A stretch of DNA of 61,360 bases, filler included. It is 3 parts of 3 records of this genome, joined end to end, with 100 filler letters (N's around TTAATTAATTAA, not from the genome) between each part and the next. Parts side by side here need not be neighbours in the genome. Positions count along the whole stretch, not along the records: positions 1 to 28,703 come from SRR20825019_1433; 2 more parts are not named here. One strand, written 5' to 3'. Positions within the stretch are counted from its first letter, which is position 1, and each line of letters begins with the position of its first letter. Position numbers and translations under genes: made by a program. Positions 9,846 to 20,078 of the stretch are shown here, piece after piece. The notes beneath the pieces were generated by a model. It saw nothing but the letters and a program-made list of their open reading frames with translations, made no database searches and had not been told where the DNA came from.

Positions 9846-10412
9846 TCAAATAAAGTAATAGACCACCAACATTTTAGAGGCGACTTTTCCTCTATTGATA
9901 GGCACATGGGGGATTCGACCGTCAAAAAATATAGAGTCCCCCTCTTTTAGGAGTACTTCTTGGTCCCCGATCTCGTAATAGCACTCTCCTGTTAAAATAT
10001 ACTTGAACTCAAAAGCATCGGTCACTACTTTTTCTCTTTTTGAATTGGGCTGTACTTCCAGAAGCACACTTTCAAAACCCACGGAATTCAATTGTTTACC
10101 GAAGATATAGTTGTAGGTAAACCCTATCGCCTCATCCTCTTTTTCGATAATGGACTGTTCGTTCTTACGGGTCACAATAAAATTTTGACCGATACCTTTC
10201 GGGATACCATCAAAAAAATCTGTCATCTGGGTACCCAATGCTTCCACAATTTTTAAAAATACGGGAAGAGATGGTATGGTTCTCCCATTTTCAATGCGCG
10301 AAATAAGACCTGCAGTTACACCGGCAGCTATCGCAACATCGTTTATGGTCTTTTTATTGTTCTTGCGGATTTGCTTTATTCTTTTCCCAATCCCTATGAG
10401 GTAATCTTCCAT
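9846..10412 (-). CDS. XRE family transcriptional regulator with cupin sensor domain
   Basis: N-terminal HTH (ISRIENGRTIPSL) and C-terminal cupin (GDSIFFDGRIPH). Confidence 0.9.
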   Translation of the reverse strand: MEDYLIGIGKRIKQIRKNNKKTINDVAIAAGVTAGLISRIENGRTIPSLPVFLKIVEALGTQMTDFFDGIPKGIGQNFIVTRKNEQSIIEKEDEAIGFTYNYIFGKQLNSVGFESVLLEVQPNSKREKVVTDAFEFKYILTGECYYEIGDQEVLLKEGDSIFFDGRIPHVPINRGKVASKMLVVYYFI

Positions 10413-10693
10413 TATTTATGGCCTCCTAAATTTTAGTATTTATAATATTTTTTGATAAATCAAGAATACTAAAAAAATACGATTAATCCATTAAACTAAT
10501 GGGGTATGTTGTAAAATCTGTCTTTTTGTCGATTTAGATAAATTGCATATTTGTAAATAATGTTTACATAACATTGAACGGTTTCTTTTAACCATTCCGT
10601 ATCATTTTTTTAATCTGTTTAAAGGTCTGCCTTAACTCTTGTGTTGGATATTTGTTGATAAATAATTAACCAATTTTTACAAATACTCAACAA

Positions 10694-13600
10694 ATGAAAA
10701 AATCGATTGTAGCTTTTTTACTTGCATTCACCGTAAGTATAATTGGCTATTCGCAAGTCACCTTTTCAGGAAAGGTATTAGACGAGAACAACGTGCCATT
10801 GCCGGGTGCATCGGTGGTTGTAAAGGGTGGGTCCACTGGTGTGGCGACCGACTTTGATGGAAATTTTGAAATTGAGCTCCCGCAAGGAGGAGAAATCTTG
10901 GTGGTATCCTATATAGGATATATCTCCCAGGATTTGGAAACAGCGGGCCAAACAAGCGCAACCGTTGTATTGCAGCCCGATTCGCAACAATTGGATGAAG
11001 TTGTGGTAACCGCTTTGGGTATTCAAAGGGAGACCAAGAAACTAGCGTATGCAGTACAAAAGGTTTCGGGAGAGGAAATTTCCGAGGCCAAAGAAACCAA
11101 CGTGGTCAACTCCCTTGCAGGTAAAATGGCCGGAGTTCAAATCACGGGAGGAAACTCGGGTGTTGGATCTTCTTCACAGATTATTATTCGTGGTGAAAAC
11201 TCGCTTAACCCAAGTCCAAATGCCAACTCACCATTATTTGTAGTGGACGGTATTCCTATCAACAACAATGTGAACAACACCGGTAGTGAAGGTAACATGG
11301 GGGTTGACTATGGTAATGGCGCCATGGACATCAACCCCGACGATGTAGAGACCATGACCGTGCTTAAAGGACCAAATGCAACGGCGCTTTATGGTTCCAG
11401 AGGAGCCAATGGTGTTGTGCTTATTACCACTAAATCAGGTAAGGGAAGTAAAGGGATTGGAGTTTCCTATACCCACAATTCCACTTTCGAAGATCTTTTG
11501 ACACTCCCAAAATATCAAAACCGCTATGGACAAGGTTCGGGAGGTCAGTTTGCTTTTAATGATGGGGGACAAAACCGTTCCTTGACAGGTGGGATAAACG
11601 ACCATGTGGACGAAAGTTGGGGGCCTGCCCTGAACGGACAATTGATTCCACAGCACGATAGCCCTACCACTAGCGGTCTGCGAGCCGGTGACGTTCATGT
11701 TAGGCCAAGAAATCCTGATGGAACATTTGCTGATGAGATTATTGCAACGCCTTTTTCTCCACAGCCAAACAATATCGATGACTTTTTTAGAACAGGCTTC
11801 ACCATGAGCAATAACATTGCGTTGACGGGAGCTAACGAAGATGGTAACTTTAGGGTGTCCTTCACCGATTTGCAAAGTGAGAGTGTTATCCCAAACTCCA
11901 ACTTTAAAAGAAGATCGTACCAAGTCAACGGGTCATACAATCTTACCGATTGGTTAAAGGTGACCGGTTCCATGAACTACATCAACTCGAACTCCCGCAA
12001 CCGTCCCAATAACTCTTACGGAACAGAAAACGTAATGTATCTGTGGATTTGGTTCGGTCGTCATATCAACATGAACAATTTAAGGGATTATTGGCAGCCA
12101 GGTTTGGAAGGTGTGCAGCAGTACAATTACAACTATAACTATCACGACAACCCTTTCTTTACCGTGTACGAGAACACCAATGCCTTTAACAAGGACCGTG
12201 TAATCACCAACCTAAGGGCGGATATGACCTTGGCAAAAGGCTTGAGCCTAATGTTGCGTTCCGGTTTTGACTATTCCAGTGAACTTGACATGAGAAAAAG
12301 GGCATATTCAACGCAACGTTTCCCGAACGGTCAGTACAGGGAGGACTTTATTTATGCCTACGAGCAAAACACTGATTTTCTTTTTGCGTATAACACTGAG
12401 CTGAACCAAGATTTTGATTTTGGAGTGTCCTTCGGAGGTAACCATCGTTCCGCTAAAAATAGATATCAACGAATAAGTGCCAACTCATTGTCTATTCCTG
12501 GAATCTATAACTTTGGAAACGCGGCCGAGCCGTTGACGCAGAGTGATTATGACGGTAAATTCACCGTAAACAGTTTGTATGCCTTCTCCAATTTGGCCTA
12601 TAAAGATTATGCTTTCTTGGATGTTACCGCTCGTAACGATTGGTCTTCCACATTACCTGATGGAAACAATAGTTATTTCTATCCATCCGTTGGTTTGAGT
12701 TTCATTCTTTCTGATATGTTCCAAATGCCGGAAGCCATCAGCTTTGCTAAAGTTAGAGGTGGTTGGGCCAGTGTTGGTAACGATACCGACCCCTATAACT
12801 TGGCCGCGACCTTTGGTTTTGGAAATACCTTCAACGGATATTCAAGGGCCTATTCCCCATCCGAATTGAAACTTGCCGATTTAAAACCGGAACGTACCAA
12901 CTCATTCGAAGTAGGTGCCGATGTTCGGTTCTTCGGAAACCGATTGGGATTGGATGTGGCCGCATATAAGTCGGTAACGAATAACCAGATTCTTTCTTTA
13001 CCAGTATCCAACACCTCTGGATTTAGTTCCAGGGTCATCAATGCCGGTGAGGTAGAGAATAAAGGTTTGGAAATTACCTTGACGGCAACACCGCTTAGAA
13101 CTGACAACTTTAGCTGGGATACCAACATCAACTTTACCACCAACCGTGGTGAGGTAAAGGAACTTACGGATGGGTTAACGCAATATTTGGTGAAGGAAAA
13201 TTACCTTCAAGTTGTTGCAGAGGTCGGCGAACGTATGGGCGACCTTTACGGAACAGGTTTCGAACAGGTGACCGATCAAAACAGTCCTTACTACGGACAA
13301 TGGATCATTGATGGAGATTCAGGTCTGCCCATAAGAAGCAACGAACTGCGAAACCTTGGCAATTACAACCCGGACTTTATGGTTGGTTTCCAAAACAGTT
13401 TCAAGTACAAAAATCTTCGTTTTGGATTCCTTTTCGATTGGAGACAAGGTGGTGTTTATCACTCAAGAACCGTTGCCATTGGTGGTACCACAGGGATGCT
13501 GGACTTCACCGTTCCAGGTCGTGAAACAGGCATTGTGGCACAAGGTGTTATAGATGATGGAAATGGCAATTATACGCCTAACACGGTCAATGTGGCAGCA

Positions 13601-13903
13601 TCAAACTATTATTCCCATGTGTACAACAGGGGCAATGAGCAAAGTTCCATGTTCGACGCTACCTACGTAAAACTAAGAGAAGTAAAATTGGGCTACACGC
13701 TGCCAAGCAAGCTTTTGGCCAACACGCCAATACGTTCGGCAACAATTTCTTTGGTGGGTCGTAACCTGGCGCTTTGGACGGAAAACGACCACGTAGATCC
13801 TGAATCTATTTCTTTCTCTGGAGGTTCAATAGTACCAGGCGTGGAAGATATGGCATTGCCAAGTACAAGAAGTTTTGGACTTAACCTTAACGTAGAATTT
13901 TAA
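10694..13903 (+). CDS. susC: SusC/RagA family TonB-dependent transporter
   Basis: PLFVVDGIP, DINPDDVETMTVLKGPNATALYGSRGANGVVLITTKSG signature; C-terminal Phe. Confidence 0.95.
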   Translation: MKKSIVAFLLAFTVSIIGYSQVTFSGKVLDENNVPLPGASVVVKGGSTGVATDFDGNFEIELPQGGEILVVSYIGYISQDLETAGQTSATVVLQPDSQQLDEVVVTALGIQRETKKLAYAVQKVSGEEISEAKETNVVNSLAGKMAGVQITGGNSGVGSSSQIIIRGENSLNPSPNANSPLFVVDGIPINNNVNNTGSEGNMGVDYGNGAMDINPDDVETMTVLKGPNATALYGSRGANGVVLITTKSGKGSKGIGVSYTHNSTFEDLLTLPKYQNRYGQGSGGQFAFNDGGQNRSLTGGINDHVDESWGPALNGQLIPQHDSPTTSGLRAGDVHVRPRNPDGTFADEIIATPFSPQPNNIDDFFRTGFTMSNNIALTGANEDGNFRVSFTDLQSESVIPNSNFKRRSYQVNGSYNLTDWLKVTGSMNYINSNSRNRPNNSYGTENVMYLWIWFGRHINMNNLRDYWQPGLEGVQQYNYNYNYHDNPFFTVYENTNAFNKDRVITNLRADMTLAKGLSLMLRSGFDYSSELDMRKRAYSTQRFPNGQYREDFIYAYEQNTDFLFAYNTELNQDFDFGVSFGGNHRSAKNRYQRISANSLSIPGIYNFGNAAEPLTQSDYDGKFTVNSLYAFSNLAYKDYAFLDVTARNDWSSTLPDGNNSYFYPSVGLSFILSDMFQMPEAISFAKVRGGWASVGNDTDPYNLAATFGFGNTFNGYSRAYSPSELKLADLKPERTNSFEVGADVRFFGNRLGLDVAAYKSVTNNQILSLPVSNTSGFSSRVINAGEVENKGLEITLTATPLRTDNFSWDTNINFTTNRGEVKELTDGLTQYLVKENYLQVVAEVGERMGDLYGTGFEQVTDQNSPYYGQWIIDGDSGLPIRSNELRNLGNYNPDFMVGFQNSFKYKNLRFGFLFDWRQGGVYHSRTVAIGGTTGMLDFTVPGRETGIVAQGVIDDGNGNYTPNTVNVAASNYYSHVYNRGNEQSSMFDATYVKLREVKLGYTLPSKLLANTPIRSATISLVGRNLALWTENDHVDPESISFSGGSIVPGVEDMALPSTRSFGLNLNVEF

Positions 13904-13924
13904 ACAAAGAATTTAAGACAAAGA

Positions 13925-15376
13925 ATGATGAAAACATCAAACTTCATAACATCCATCTTATTTGCAGGAACCGCATTGGTTTCGTGTACCGATAATTTTG
14001 AGAGTATCAACTCCAACCCCAACGCCCCGGAACAAGTTAGTGCCAACTTGCTAACCTCCACCGTAACTTCGGAAATCACAAGAACGTTGACACAGGAAGG
14101 GTATAGCGATGGAAATACCATTACCCAGCTCATGGCAAAAAACAACTTTCCCGGTTTTAGCCAATTTGATTGGGGAGATCAAGGCATGTGGAATTTCTTT
14201 TACAACTACTTGCCCGAAATCAACGATATTCTGGAAATCTCCCGTGCGGAAGGGTCACAAAATGCAACCTACGAAGGAATTGCCCTGACATTGAGAGCAC
14301 TTTCTTTTGCCAACCTTACCGATCTCTATGGCCACGTACCGTACACCGAGGCCATGGCAGGTGAATCCGAAGGAATTTTTACACCGGTTTACGATGATCA
14401 AGAAACCGTTTACAATGGAGTCCTTCAAGATTTGGCAGATGCCGATGCCGCATTGGCAAAAGGGGAGGCGATTACCGGATCCACCGGTGACGTTATTTAC
14501 GATGGAGATGCTTCCAAATGGAGAAAACTGGCGAATTCCTTGCGTCTTCGTTACCTGATGAGAATTTCCAAACAAAGGGATGTCTCGGCTGAAATGCAGG
14601 CGATTGTAAGTGCAGGCAACTACATCAATTCTAATGATGACAACGCCACATTAACCTATAGTGGAACTTCAAATACCGATTCATGGCCAGAAAGCACAGG
14701 TCGTATCGGTGGTTTTGATGAAAAGAGTCTTTGCACCACCTTGTTGGGCTATTTTGAAGAATTCAATGATCCTCGATTGGATATTTGGTTCGATCGCAAC
14801 AGTGACGGAGAATGGGTGGGAATTCCCATTGGTCTCAACCAAGATAATGCCCGTGCCTATGATGATGCCAATAGTCCAAGTCGCTTGGATGTAGAACTGT
14901 TCTACTTCTCTTCCACGGCAGCGGAAGCATTTATCATGAAAAACTCCGAAGTACAGTTCATTCTGGCAGAGGCTGCCGAAAGAGGATTCATTGCCGGTAG
15001 TGCTGCCGATTACTACAATGCAGGAATCAGGGCAAGCTTGGCCTATTGGGGCGTAGCGGATGATGATATTGATGCATACTTGGCCCAGCCATCTGTGCAA
15101 TATGATGGTTCTCTGGAATTGCTTTTAACTCAAAAGACCATAGCACTTTGGAACGTGGATTACCAAGGATGGATGGATTACAGAAGAACAGGAATTCCTG
15201 CCTTGGAGACTGGTCAGGACGACCTTAATGGAGGACGCTATCCAGTTCGTTTCCTTTATCCATCGTCCGAACAGACATTGAATACGGCAAACTATGAAGC
15301 AGCCGTACAAGCCATGGGCGGGGAAGGAGACAACATCAATACACCTAGCTGGTGGGAAACCGGAACCAGATATTAA
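13925..15376 (+). CDS. susD: SusD/RagB family substrate-binding lipoprotein
   Basis: Lipobox LVSC; TDLYGHVPYTEA, WRKLANSLRLR, WMDYRRTG, RFLYP; directly after susC. Confidence 0.92.
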   Translation: MMKTSNFITSILFAGTALVSCTDNFESINSNPNAPEQVSANLLTSTVTSEITRTLTQEGYSDGNTITQLMAKNNFPGFSQFDWGDQGMWNFFYNYLPEINDILEISRAEGSQNATYEGIALTLRALSFANLTDLYGHVPYTEAMAGESEGIFTPVYDDQETVYNGVLQDLADADAALAKGEAITGSTGDVIYDGDASKWRKLANSLRLRYLMRISKQRDVSAEMQAIVSAGNYINSNDDNATLTYSGTSNTDSWPESTGRIGGFDEKSLCTTLLGYFEEFNDPRLDIWFDRNSDGEWVGIPIGLNQDNARAYDDANSPSRLDVELFYFSSTAAEAFIMKNSEVQFILAEAAERGFIAGSAADYYNAGIRASLAYWGVADDDIDAYLAQPSVQYDGSLELLLTQKTIALWNVDYQGWMDYRRTGIPALETGQDDLNGGRYPVRFLYPSSEQTLNTANYEAAVQAMGGEGDNINTPSWWETGTRY

Positions 15377-15408
15377 ACGATTGAAAAATAGTCTTTTAAA
15401 CAAAATAT

Positions 15409-15438
15409 GGTTGCCCTGTTTTTCAGGGCAGCCTTTAT
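15409..15438 (+). terminator. Intra-operon hairpin after susD (terminator or mRNA stabiliser)
   Basis: GGTTGCCCTG-TTTTT-CAGGGCAGCC followed by TTTAT. Confidence 0.6.
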
Positions 15439-15455
15439 TGTTAAAAATAAATAAG

Positions 15456-17111
15456 ATGTCTAATAAACTACTGTTACTTATTTTGTTGCTTGGTTTGATG
15501 GTATCGTGCTCAAAAAAAGTAGGTCGGTCCACCAATATTGAGCACGTCGTCATCATTGGAATAGACGGTATGAGTCCCGATGGGATTCAAAAGGCCAAAA
15601 CACCAACCTTGGATTCCATGATCCGGAATGGGGCCGCAACCATGCATGCACGGTCCGTACTCCCATCAAGTTCCAGTCCCAATTGGGCCAGTATGATCAT
15701 GGGAGCCGATACAGAACAACATGGGGTAACCTCCAACGGTTGGGAAAAGTTCGACCACCAATTACCACCGGTGGTCGTTACCAAAAATGGGACATTTCCA
15801 ACCATATTTACACTGTTTAAAGACCAACAGCCAGAAGCACATGTGGGTGCCATTTACGACTGGGACGGTTTTGGACGTTTGTTCGAAAAATCTGATGTTG
15901 ATTTTGATATCGACGGAAATCATGAGGATAACACCACCCAAGCAGCGGTAAATTACATCAAAGAACATAGACCAAAATTCACCTTTGTGCATTTGGATCA
16001 CGTGGATCATGCGGGACACTCCCAAGGACACGGAAGCCCTGATTATTACAAATCGGTGGAGAAAGCAGATTCCTTGATAGCTACAATCGTTAATTCAACC
16101 AAGGATGCAGGAATTTTTGAAAAAACCATGTTCATTATATCCGCAGACCACGGAGGATTGGGTTTTGGCCACGGAGGCGAAAGCCTTGCCGAAATGGAAA
16201 TTCCCTTTATAATGTATGGTGCGGGCATCAAAAAAGGCTATAAAATCGAAGAGACCGTTTACCAATACGATAATGCCCCAACGGTTGCCTACGCCATGGG
16301 ATTGCAAATGCCCCAAGCTTGGATAGGCAGACCTATAAAAGGGGCATTTATCGGAAATGAGGCTCCAAAACTTGTCTATAAACGAAAGGAGCAGATAACC
16401 CAACCAAAAATCCTCCCGGACGCAGGCTATTTTGAACCAGCAGGAGGGGTTTTCAAAGCGGATTCGGTAGCCGTCGTTATGCAAAACCCGAATAACGTTG
16501 GTGAGATTCGCTATACCATTGGCAATAATGTGCCTACTTTGGAAAACAGCCAAGTCTATCAGGATACTTTTTATCTAAACGAAACCGTAATCATCAAGGC
16601 CGGCATCTTTCAGAATGATCAATTGGTGAGTACGGTTGCCGAGGGCAATTTTAGGATTGTTTCAAAAACAAAACAAGACCCTGTCAAATTTGAGGTTTTT
16701 GAAGTAAGCGGTATCGAAAAGCTTCCGGATTTCACTACCTTAAATCCGGCGCATGAAGGTTACGTAACAGAATTCTCCCATAAGCAAGCACTCTCCGAAG
16801 ATATGCCGCAAGAGCAAGTAGCCGTTGTTTTTGAAAGTTATTTGGAAGTGACCGAAGCAGGAACTTATAATTTTTTCACCAATAGTGATGATGGCAGTAA
16901 ACTTTATGTGAACGGTACCGAGATAGTGAATAACGACGGAGACCATGGGGTTATGGAACGCAGCGGATCGTTGGAACTATCCGAAGGAAGGCATCTAGTT
17001 CGGGTCGAATTTTTTAATGGGGGTGGGGGCTATCATTTGGATGTCAAATATTCAGGTCCCAACACGCCGAAACAGATTATTCCAGCGGGCAGACTGTTTA
17101 GAGAAAAATAA
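15456..17111 (+). CDS. Alkaline-phosphatase-superfamily (NPP-like) lipoprotein with FN3-associated and PA14 domains
   Basis: Lipobox MVSC; IGIDGMS, SSPNWAS, DHVDHAGH, SADHG metal motifs; PA14 motif SDDGSKLYVNG..NNDGDH; start at MSNKLL. Confidence 0.85.
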   Translation: MSNKLLLLILLLGLMVSCSKKVGRSTNIEHVVIIGIDGMSPDGIQKAKTPTLDSMIRNGAATMHARSVLPSSSSPNWASMIMGADTEQHGVTSNGWEKFDHQLPPVVVTKNGTFPTIFTLFKDQQPEAHVGAIYDWDGFGRLFEKSDVDFDIDGNHEDNTTQAAVNYIKEHRPKFTFVHLDHVDHAGHSQGHGSPDYYKSVEKADSLIATIVNSTKDAGIFEKTMFIISADHGGLGFGHGGESLAEMEIPFIMYGAGIKKGYKIEETVYQYDNAPTVAYAMGLQMPQAWIGRPIKGAFIGNEAPKLVYKRKEQITQPKILPDAGYFEPAGGVFKADSVAVVMQNPNNVGEIRYTIGNNVPTLENSQVYQDTFYLNETVIIKAGIFQNDQLVSTVAEGNFRIVSKTKQDPVKFEVFEVSGIEKLPDFTTLNPAHEGYVTEFSHKQALSEDMPQEQVAVVFESYLEVTEAGTYNFFTNSDDGSKLYVNGTEIVNNDGDHGVMERSGSLELSEGRHLVRVEFFNGGGGYHLDVKYSGPNTPKQIIPAGRLFREK

Positions 17112-17117
17112 TAAAGA

Positions 17118-18485
17118 ATGAATCAAATGCGCGATAAGCACAACCCAGAATCTGTTGTGGAAGGCGACATCAACCTGACTCCTGCGAGGGGAAAATGGTT
17201 GCAGAACGAAGTGAGCGATGAAACCAAGGAGCTACTGGAAAAGGACGCCAAGTATTTTATGCATCAATCCATGTCGACACCTTGTTTGGACGTGCTCCAA
17301 AATTGTGAAGGTTCGCACATGATAAGTGTGTCGGGCAAGAAATACCTCGATTTTCACGGAAACAATGTGCACCAAATCGGGTTTTCCCACCCAAAACTGG
17401 TCGCTCGACTAACAGAGCAGCTTCAAAATTTGACTTTTTCCACAAGACGCTACGCCAATGCAACGGCTGTAAAGTTTGCGGAGAAATTGACCTCTTACAC
17501 TCCAAAAGGTTTTAACCGCATCTTATTGACCCCAAACGGAAGCTCGGCCATCGGCATTGCCCTAAAATTGGCCAGGGCCATCACGGGCAAGCACAAGGTG
17601 GTCTCTTTTTGGGATTCGTTCCACGGTGCATCTCTGGATGCCATCAGCGTTGGGGGCGAAGCAGTTTTTCAGGAGCATATGGGGCCATTAATGCCCGGTG
17701 TGGAGCGTATTCCTCCCCCAATAACCTATCGCGGCATATTTGAGGGAAACGAGGATAAAGCCTTGGAGTATTTGCAGTATGTTTTGGAGAAAGACCATCA
17801 AATTGGAGCTTTTTTAGCGGAGACCATTCGCAACACCGATGTGCAGATTCCATCAAAAAAATTCTGGAAAGCAGCTAGGGAGCTTTGCACCAAACATGGT
17901 GTTTTGTTGATTTTGGATGAAATCCCCATCGCTTTTGGAAGAACGGGAACTATGTTCGCCTATGAACTTTTCGACATTGAGCCAGACATTCTCTGCTTGG
18001 GCAAAGGATTGGGAGGTGGAATTATTCCTCAAGCTGCCATTGTTACCCGGGAAGAATACAACAAGTTCGGACACATTTCCCTTGGTCATTACACCCACGA
18101 AAAAAGTCCTTTGGGGACTATGGCCGGTCTTACACTTCTGGAGGTTCTGGAAGAGGAAAACATTTTGCAAAAAGTGAAGGAAGATGAAGAATTCATGAGA
18201 AAGGCCCTATACAAAATGCATCGAAAATATTCCTTGATCGGGGATGTGCGGGGTGTTGGACTTTTATGGGGCATTGAACTGGTGACCGATAGAACCTCTA
18301 AAGAAAAAGCAACGGCCGAAGCCGAAGAAATTATGTACGAGTGCCTAAAACAAGGATTAAGTTTTAAAGTTTCCAAAGGAAACGTACTGCAACTGTCACC
18401 TCCATTGACCATAACCAGGGAAGAACTGGAAAAAGCTTTTGAAATATTAAACTCTGCCTTTTTAAAAACAAACCATATCGCCTAA
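17118..18485 (+). CDS. pbfA: PbfA-like (R)-1-hydroxy-2-aminoethylphosphonate ammonia-lyase (class III PLP fold)
   Basis: EGDINLTPAR, HQSMSTPCLD, DFHGNNVHQ, WDSFHGASLDAISVGGEA, IRNTDVQ, LGHYTHEKSP blocks as recalled for PbfA; PLP Lys in LCLGKGLGGG. Confidence 0.82.
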   Translation: MNQMRDKHNPESVVEGDINLTPARGKWLQNEVSDETKELLEKDAKYFMHQSMSTPCLDVLQNCEGSHMISVSGKKYLDFHGNNVHQIGFSHPKLVARLTEQLQNLTFSTRRYANATAVKFAEKLTSYTPKGFNRILLTPNGSSAIGIALKLARAITGKHKVVSFWDSFHGASLDAISVGGEAVFQEHMGPLMPGVERIPPPITYRGIFEGNEDKALEYLQYVLEKDHQIGAFLAETIRNTDVQIPSKKFWKAARELCTKHGVLLILDEIPIAFGRTGTMFAYELFDIEPDILCLGKGLGGGIIPQAAIVTREEYNKFGHISLGHYTHEKSPLGTMAGLTLLEVLEEENILQKVKEDEEFMRKALYKMHRKYSLIGDVRGVGLLWGIELVTDRTSKEKATAEAEEIMYECLKQGLSFKVSKGNVLQLSPPLTITREELEKAFEILNSAFLKTNHIA

Positions 18486-20074
18486 TGAAAAAAACCAACC
18501 AGTTACTCTTGCTATTTTGTCTGGGTCTGATGGAGCTTACCGCCCAGACCGAGCCCCAAATTTTAGTGCAACCCTATCTTCAAGATGCCGAACCGAACTC
18601 CATTGTAATCATGTGGGAGACCACTAGCGGAGAAGAAAGCACTGTTGAGTGGGGAACCACGGAAAAATTGGGTAAAAAAACCTCAGGGAAAGCTGAGGAT
18701 ATCAATTTCTCTGAATCTCGGGTGCATATTGTAAAATTGGAAGGCCTCAAACGCTTTACCGAGTATTATTATCGGGTGAAAACCGGTAAGGCCAAATCGG
18801 ATATATATCAATTCAGGACCCCACCCTTTTCAAGTGACGAGGAATCGTTCAACATTGTTGCCATGAGTGATATGCAATACGATAGCCAGCATCCGAACAA
18901 ATTTTCCGAAATCGTGAACCAAGGCATTCTACAGTATTTGGAAAAGGAGCACGGTGGCAAGTTGCCGGACAATCTGGCTATGGTGATGATACCCGGGGAT
19001 TTGGTTTCTTCGGGCAGTAAATATTACCAATGGAAAGAACACTTCTTCGACCCGGCACAAAAACTCTTTGCTGAGGTGCCCGTATATCCAGTGTTGGGCA
19101 ACCATGAGAAAAATTCTGTTTTCTATTTCAAATATTTCAGCCTTCCGGAAAATGGAACGCCCGCCTTTGCCGAACATTGGTGGTATAAGGATTATGGAAA
19201 CACAAGAATCATCGGGTTGAATTCCAACGAGGGTTACCGCGACCTTCGTGAACAATATGAATGGTTGGAACAAGTTTTGGCCGATACCGAAAAGAACGAT
19301 GACATTGATTTTGTGTTCGCTCAGCTGCACCATCCCCACAAATCTGAACTTTGGATTCCGGGCGAGGAAGAATCCACAGGGAAGGTGGTTAAAATGTTGG
19401 AGGCCTTTTCAACCAAAACAGGAAAGCCCAGCGTTCATTTTTTTGGACACACCCATGGCTATTCAAGAGGGCAATCTAGAGACCACAAACACTTGTGGAT
19501 CAATGTGGCCTCAGCTGGGGGAGCCATCGACAATTGGGGCGAGTTCGAAGGCAGGGACTATGACGAATTCACCGTTACACAGGACGAATACGGATTTGTT
19601 ATGGTCGAAATCGACGGTAACCGGAGCGACCCCAAATTCACTATCAAAAGAATCAGTCAAGGGAACAATGTGAAGTCAAGACAAAATGAACTTCGCGACA
19701 GTATTACCATCTGGCGATTGGAGAAGAAACCCGATGCTCCAGCCGTAGTTTTTCCAACTAAAAATGAAAAAGTACTGGAAGAATTTGTCACCTTGAAGGC
19801 CGGAGAGTTTTCAAGTCCGCTCGGTGATGCTTTCCATGCGGCAGCACATTGGCAAGTTTCCCAAACCCAAGATTTTGAAAAGTTGGATTTGGACAGCTGG
19901 AAACAGTTCGAAAACTGGTACTACAAGGAAAATCGTCAAAAAGAGGACGATTTGACCGATGAAAAAACCAAAAGATTACAATCCAATACCACCTATTATT
20001 GGAGGGTTCGGTACCGAGACCAAAACTTGAATTGGAGTGATTGGTCCGAAACAGCATCATTTAAAACAAAGTAA
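18485..20074 (+). CDS. Exported purple-acid-phosphatase-like metallophosphoesterase with FN3 domains
   Basis: Signal peptide; SDMQ, GDLV, GNHE, HHPH, GHTH calcineurin-like motifs; C-terminal YYWRVRYRD FN3. Confidence 0.88.
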   Translation: MKKTNQLLLLFCLGLMELTAQTEPQILVQPYLQDAEPNSIVIMWETTSGEESTVEWGTTEKLGKKTSGKAEDINFSESRVHIVKLEGLKRFTEYYYRVKTGKAKSDIYQFRTPPFSSDEESFNIVAMSDMQYDSQHPNKFSEIVNQGILQYLEKEHGGKLPDNLAMVMIPGDLVSSGSKYYQWKEHFFDPAQKLFAEVPVYPVLGNHEKNSVFYFKYFSLPENGTPAFAEHWWYKDYGNTRIIGLNSNEGYRDLREQYEWLEQVLADTEKNDDIDFVFAQLHHPHKSELWIPGEEESTGKVVKMLEAFSTKTGKPSVHFFGHTHGYSRGQSRDHKHLWINVASAGGAIDNWGEFEGRDYDEFTVTQDEYGFVMVEIDGNRSDPKFTIKRISQGNNVKSRQNELRDSITIWRLEKKPDAPAVVFPTKNEKVLEEFVTLKAGEFSSPLGDAFHAAAHWQVSQTQDFEKLDLDSWKQFENWYYKENRQKEDDLTDEKTKRLQSNTTYYWRVRYRDQNLNWSDWSETASFKTK

Positions 20075-20078
20075 GAAA

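Noticed and set aside
15294-15455. Long N-terminal extensions in the ORF track (also 20037, 21952, 39266, 57480, 59138)
   Set aside because: They overlap upstream genes, hairpins or promoters; downstream ATGs give proper signal peptides or family-typical starts.
17118-18485. Generic 4-aminobutyrate or ornithine aminotransferase
   Set aside because: PbfA-type sequence blocks and the phosphonate context fit better, pending HMM confirmation.
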